From assembly GCA_014465955.1 (NCBI GenBank), contig JACTVT010000003.1, positions 3,213 through 67,212 on the forward strand: a DNA stretch of 64,000 nt, read 5' to 3'. The stretch's first letter is position 1; each line of letters starts with the position of its first letter. This DNA is from Eubacterium sp. (GTDB taxonomy: Bacteria; Bacillota; Clostridia; Oscillospirales; Acutalibacteraceae). The notes beneath the pieces are model-generated. The model saw nothing but the letters and a program-made list of their open reading frames with translations, ran no database searches and was not told where the DNA came from. This document shows positions 59,967 to 64,000 of this stretch, piece after piece. A program made the position numbers and the translations under genes.

Positions 59967-60752
59967 ATGAAAATTGTAGTTTGTATTAAGCAGGTACCTG
60001 ATACAAAGGGCGGCGTTCAGTTTAACCCTGACGGTACATTGAACAGAGGTGCAATGCTTACAATTATGAATCCTGACGATAAAGCAGGTCTTGAAGCAGC
60101 ACTTCGCATTAAAGACGAAATCGGTGCAGAAGTTACTGCACTTACAATGGGTCTTCCAAAGGCTGAAGAGGTTCTCCGTGAGGCTATGGCTATGGGCGCA
60201 GACAACGGTATTCTTGTTACAGACAGAGTGCTCGGCGGTGCAGACACATGGGCAACTTCGACAACGATTGCAGGCGCACTTCGCAACATTGATTATGATT
60301 TGATTATCACAGGCCGTCAGGCTATTGACGGTGATACTGCTCAGGTTGGCCCGCAGATTTCAGAGCACCTCGGTATTCCTGTAATTTCTTATGCGCAGGA
60401 TATTAAGATTGACGGTGATTATGTAATCGTTAAGCGTCAGTTTGATGACAGATATCATATGTTAAAGGCAAAAATGCCTTGTGCAATCACTGCTCTTTCA
60501 GAACTGAATGAGCCGAGATATATGACTCCGGGCGGCATTTTTGATGCTTACAAGAAAGAAATCACTGTTTGGGGCAGGGCAGACCTTAAAGATGTTGATG
60601 ATTCAAACATCGGTCTTAACGGCTCACCGACTAAGATTGCAAAGGCTTCCGATAAGGTAAGAAAGGGTGCAGGCGAAACTGTTACTCCCGATTCACCGAA
60701 AGACGCAGTAGATTATATTATGGCAAAACTTGCCGAAAAGCACGTTATCTGA
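59967..60752 (+). CDS. etfB: Electron transfer flavoprotein beta subunit
   Basis: CIKQVPD, GADTWAT, QAIDGDTAQVG. Confidence 0.95.
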   Translation: MKIVVCIKQVPDTKGGVQFNPDGTLNRGAMLTIMNPDDKAGLEAALRIKDEIGAEVTALTMGLPKAEEVLREAMAMGADNGILVTDRVLGGADTWATSTTIAGALRNIDYDLIITGRQAIDGDTAQVGPQISEHLGIPVISYAQDIKIDGDYVIVKRQFDDRYHMLKAKMPCAITALSELNEPRYMTPGGIFDAYKKEITVWGRADLKDVDDSNIGLNGSPTKIAKASDKVRKGAGETVTPDSPKDAVDYIMAKLAEKHVI

Positions 60753-60766
60753 AGGAGGAGAAGAAA

Positions 60767-61810
60767 ATGATTACAGAAAATATTGAACAGTATAAAGGCG
60801 TTTACATTTTCGCTCAGCAGGTAGATAACGCAATCAGCCCGATTGCCTTTGAACTTCTCGGTAAAGCAAAGGAACTTGCAAAAGACCTTGAAACAGAGGT
60901 TACTGCTGTTCTGCTTGGCTATAATGTAAAGGGTCTTGCAGATTCACTTGCAGAATACGGCGCAGATAATGTTGTTGTAGTAGACAGCCCTGTGCTTGAA
61001 ACTTACAGAACAGAGCCTTACACACAGGCACTTACTGCCGTAATTAATGAATACAAGCCTGAAATTATGCTTGTCGGTGCAACTGCTATCGGCCGTGACT
61101 TAGGTCCGAGAGTGTCTGCAAGAGTAGGCACAGGCTTAACAGCAGACTGTACAGTGCTTGAAATCGGCGATTTCCCGCTTAATCCTTTGCCGAACAGAGA
61201 GCAGAAGCACAATCAGTTGCTTATGACCCGCCCTGCATTCGGCGGCAACACAATTGCAACGATTGCCTGCCCCGATAACAGACCGCAGATGGCTACTGTA
61301 AGACCGGGCGTTATGCAGAAGATTGATAAGATTGACGGTGCAAAGGCAAACGTTATTGAGTTTAACCCTGCACTTGAAGAAAATAACTGCTATGTTGAAA
61401 TTCTTGATGTAGTTAAGGAAATCAAGAACACAGTTGATATTCAGGAGGCAAAAATTCTCGTTTCAGGCGGTCGCGGTGTCGGCAGCAAAGAGAATTTTAA
61501 ACTTCTTGAGGATTTGGCTGACGCTATCGGCGGTGTTGTTGCCTGCTCAAGAGCAGCAGTTGACAATGGCTGGTTGGATAAGGATTTGCAGGTAGGCCAG
61601 ACAGGTAAAACCGTTCGTCCGAATGTATATTTTGCAATCGGTATCAGCGGTGCAATTCAGCACACATCGGGTATGGAAGAGTCAGATATCATTATTGCTA
61701 TCAATAAAGATGCATCTGCTCCGATTTTCGACGTTGCAGATTACGGTATCGTAGGCGATTTGAATAAAATCGTTCCTATGCTCACAGAGGCTTTAAAAGC
61801 ACAGGCATAA
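60767..61810 (+). CDS. etfA: Electron transfer flavoprotein alpha subunit
   Basis: GLTADCT, RPAFGG, QVGQTG, GISGAIQH. Confidence 0.95.
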   Translation: MITENIEQYKGVYIFAQQVDNAISPIAFELLGKAKELAKDLETEVTAVLLGYNVKGLADSLAEYGADNVVVVDSPVLETYRTEPYTQALTAVINEYKPEIMLVGATAIGRDLGPRVSARVGTGLTADCTVLEIGDFPLNPLPNREQKHNQLLMTRPAFGGNTIATIACPDNRPQMATVRPGVMQKIDKIDGAKANVIEFNPALEENNCYVEILDVVKEIKNTVDIQEAKILVSGGRGVGSKENFKLLEDLADAIGGVVACSRAAVDNGWLDKDLQVGQTGKTVRPNVYFAIGISGAIQHTSGMEESDIIIAINKDASAPIFDVADYGIVGDLNKIVPMLTEALKAQA

Positions 61811-61827
61811 TTAAATACCTAAAAATT

Positions 61828-61858
61828 TAACGGGCGGAAAAATTTCCGCCCGTTTTTT
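61828..61858 (+). terminator. Terminator of the butyryl-CoA operon
   Basis: AACGGGCGGAAA-AA-TTTCCGCCCGTT followed by a T tract. Confidence 0.8.
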
Positions 61859-61881
61859 GTATTATTATAAAGTTTTATTAT

Positions 61882-61965
61882 CGGTACGATGAAGGCATCG
61901 TACCATACAGTAGGGGAGGGTCTCCGTGCCCACCGTTTGCGGCGGGGTGGGGCACCCTGCCGCTG
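61882..61965. repeat. REP cluster left of the GIY-YIG gene (61882-61908 -, 61910-61935 +, 61940-61965 degenerate)
   Basis: GTAT-GGTACGATG-CCTT-CATCGTACC-G; GTAGGGGAGGGTCTCCGTGCCC. Confidence 0.8.
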
Positions 61966-62021
61966 ATTTTTTGTAATTGAAAATATTATATTGGTATGAT
62001 ATTATTTATATGGTGATAGAT

Positions 62022-62873
62022 ATGATTAAATTTGAAGATTTTTTTAAAGTTCCTGATGAAAGTGCCACAAAGGTTAAATTTAATATGAATAAAGGTGATG
62101 TAACAAAGCCAGCGTGGGATTTGCTGTTAGAAGATAAACCCGAGTGGATAGAGATGAACGCTTATAAAACAAAACAGGCGAATAATAATCTTAATAAAGC
62201 AAAGTATTTGCTTGCATTTGCACAGTATTATCCGTATGGTCCGAATTATTATATTTTCGGAGGAATGTATAAGGTTGAGATTATAGACGAAAATATCGAA
62301 AATGATATTGGCTACAATTTGACTTTAATGGATGATTATAAAGAGTATATTAAAAGGCTTATAATTAAACTTGAAAGACCGATAGGATGGGATATCTATA
62401 ATAAAAAGTATGAGTCTGTTCAAAAAAGTTTAAATCCTGAAATATATGAACTTGCCCCGTCAACCAAACTCGGAACTTTTCCGGGTTATAACAGTGTGAA
62501 ACTTTCCCATAAAGATTTGCAGCGTATAGTTAATAATGATGAGCCGAGTTGGAAAAATGCCCTTTCAAATGTTAAAGGTATATATGTCATTACAGATAAA
62601 TCAACAGGTAAATTATATATCGGTTCAGCCTCAGGTAATGCAGAGGGAATATGGCAGCGCTGGTCAAATTATGCGGATATAAAAAATCTTACAGGCGGCA
62701 ATAAATTTTTTGAAGAATTAAAGGGCATAGATAATCAATATATTATTGATAATTTTTCATATTCAATTCTTGAAATTTTTGATATGCGCACAAAGCAGGA
62801 GGATATTCTGAACAGAGAGAATTTTTGGAAAGATGTGTTAAAGACAAGAGAATTCGGTATGAACAGAAATTAA
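62022..62873 (+). CDS. GIY-YIG nuclease family protein with an uncharacterised N-terminal domain
   Basis: KGIYVITDKSTGKLYIGSA, WQRW, RENFWK, terminal N; GGTGA RBS before ATG 62022. Confidence 0.9.
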   Translation: MIKFEDFFKVPDESATKVKFNMNKGDVTKPAWDLLLEDKPEWIEMNAYKTKQANNNLNKAKYLLAFAQYYPYGPNYYIFGGMYKVEIIDENIENDIGYNLTLMDDYKEYIKRLIIKLERPIGWDIYNKKYESVQKSLNPEIYELAPSTKLGTFPGYNSVKLSHKDLQRIVNNDEPSWKNALSNVKGIYVITDKSTGKLYIGSASGNAEGIWQRWSNYADIKNLTGGNKFFEELKGIDNQYIIDNFSYSILEIFDMRTKQEDILNRENFWKDVLKTREFGMNRN

Positions 62874-62925
62874 ATTATTGTCGTGTTTTATGGTGTATAA
62901 ATATGTTGTTGAAAATAAAAGTACT

Positions 62926-63024
62926 GTAGGGGAGGGTCTCCGTGCCCTCCCGTTTGTAGCGGGGTTAGTCGCCATACGAAAACGATTATGTAATTTTGTA
63001 GTGTGCGGCGTCCTCGACGCACCG
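62926..63024 (+). repeat. REP cluster right of the GIY-YIG gene (62926-62952, 62998-63024)
   Basis: GTAGGGGAGGGTCTCCGTGCCCTCCCG; GTAGTGTGCGGCGTCCTCGACGCACCG. Confidence 0.8.
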
Positions 63025-63031
63025 AATAAAT

Positions 63032-63062
63032 AAAAGAGCAGTTCACACTGAACTGCTCTTTT
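63032..63062. terminator. Bidirectional terminator
   Basis: AAAAGAGCAGTTCA-CAC-TGAACTGCTCTTTT. Confidence 0.8.
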
Positions 63063-63077
63063 GGTATACTTATATTT

Positions 63078-64000
63078 TTACTGCCGGCTGATGCGGAAAA
63101 CTTTGCAGCCGTGTTTCGGCAGGGTGGCTGAAATTGTTTTTGTGGTGAAACGCTCATCACTCCATAATTCGTGGACAGCGAATGATGTCTGATGTGTATT
63201 GAAATTCAGGTAATCGTCTTTTGCAATTTCGGAAATATCATATGAAAAGCCTTTGTCACGTGTAGTTTTGTTATAAAAGCAAACTGCAATATCGCCGTTT
63301 GAAAGCGGGCGGGCGATAATATCAATGCCGTGCTCTTTTCTGATTCTTTTAGCCGCTTTGCCGAGAGGATCCTGGTCAACAAGAATAAGGCTTTTGTTAG
63401 TAACGATTTTCAGAGTCGGGTTATCAAGGTTCGGCTTGCCGTCTATTGAGATAAATTTTCTGATATCATTACCGAGAACAAGCGGTGCCGCCATCATACA
63501 CCAAAGGCTGAAATGCGTTTTATTTTCATCTTCGGTTAAATCACCGTTGCCGACTTCAAGCATATCGGGGTCATTCCAATGCCCCGGGCCTGTGTGTTCA
63601 TAAAGTGCTATTGTTCTTTCATAAATAGCATTAACACTTATCCATTTTGCAAAAATATCACCTGTTGTGCGCCACATATTGCCTGCCTTTGCGCCCCAGT
63701 GCCACGGGTAAGCCTTGCCCCATTCGCAGATGGAATATGTAATCGGTTTTTCGGCTGTGCCGTGTTCCGATGCATAATCTGCAGATGCTTTTTTCAGCGC
63801 TCTGCCCATTCGGCGGTACTGAATAAACGAACTGTCTGCCATGGTTTTAACAGGGTTTTCAAGCACAATTTCGTTTGAACCACCCTGCAGTTTAATCATT
63901 AACTGAACTCTGCCTGTAGCACTGAAAGCCTTTGTTTCAGGGAAAAATACTTCATACAGTTCGCCGTTTACGGTTACTTGCAGGTAAGATTCTGTTTTGG
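63078..64000 (-). CDS. GH27 alpha-galactosidase (5' part outside the window)
   Basis: YSICEWG, MWRTTGDI, WNDPDMLEVGNG, HFSLWCMMAAPLVLGND, DQDPLG; frame is open to the window edge. Confidence 0.9.
   Translation of the reverse strand, partial: KTESYLQVTVNGELYEVFFPETKAFSATGRVQLMIKLQGGSNEIVLENPVKTMADSSFIQYRRMGRALKKASADYASEHGTAEKPITYSICEWGKAYPWHWGAKAGNMWRTTGDIFAKWISVNAIYERTIALYEHTGPGHWNDPDMLEVGNGDLTEDENKTHFSLWCMMAAPLVLGNDIRKFISIDGKPNLDNPTLKIVTNKSLILVDQDPLGKAAKRIRKEHGIDIIARPLSNGDIAVCFYNKTTRDKGFSYDISEIAKDDYLNFNTHQTSFAVHELWSDERFTTKTISATLPKHGCKVFRISRQ

Overview
64 kb of chromosomal backbone from a low-GC, spore-forming Clostridia. The gene content and order suggest Oscillospirales/Ruminococcaceae, but this is inferred. 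Contents in order: glycogen genes glgB-glgC-glgD; ANTAR-dapF-dapL-purC-purB; sporulation genes ylbJ and yqfC-yqfD; a hexuronate pathway (uxuA, uxuB-like SDR, uxaC, kdgK, eda) interrupted by lemA-DUF2207 and LOG; a Na/Pi cotransporter behind a yybP-ykoY riboswitch; mreBCD-mrdA, mgsA, hisS, aspS, yfbR; pdaA; prfB; galU; tadA; an orphan sialyltransferase-like gene; a frameshifted ECF sigma with its anti-sigma; nadABC; tandem Ktr and Trk potassium systems; murA-yycJ-rlmH; asnB/asnO; tRNA-Thr and tRNA-Tyr; a butyryl-CoA operon (thl-crt-hbd-bcd-etfB-etfA); a GIY-YIG nuclease; a partial GH27 gene. No CRISPR array, rRNA, integrase or transposase was seen. The non-coding layer is the most notable part. 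About 27 GTAG-type REP hairpins with covarying stems occur at 14 intergenic loci, and a directly repeated pair brackets the AT-rich GIY-YIG gene like a cassette. There is also a MITE-like family with a nested insertion, a tRNA-Tyr 3'-end duplication, and an unannotated 27-aa ORF with a consensus promoter, RBS and terminator. All family calls come from motif recognition by eye; no searches were run.
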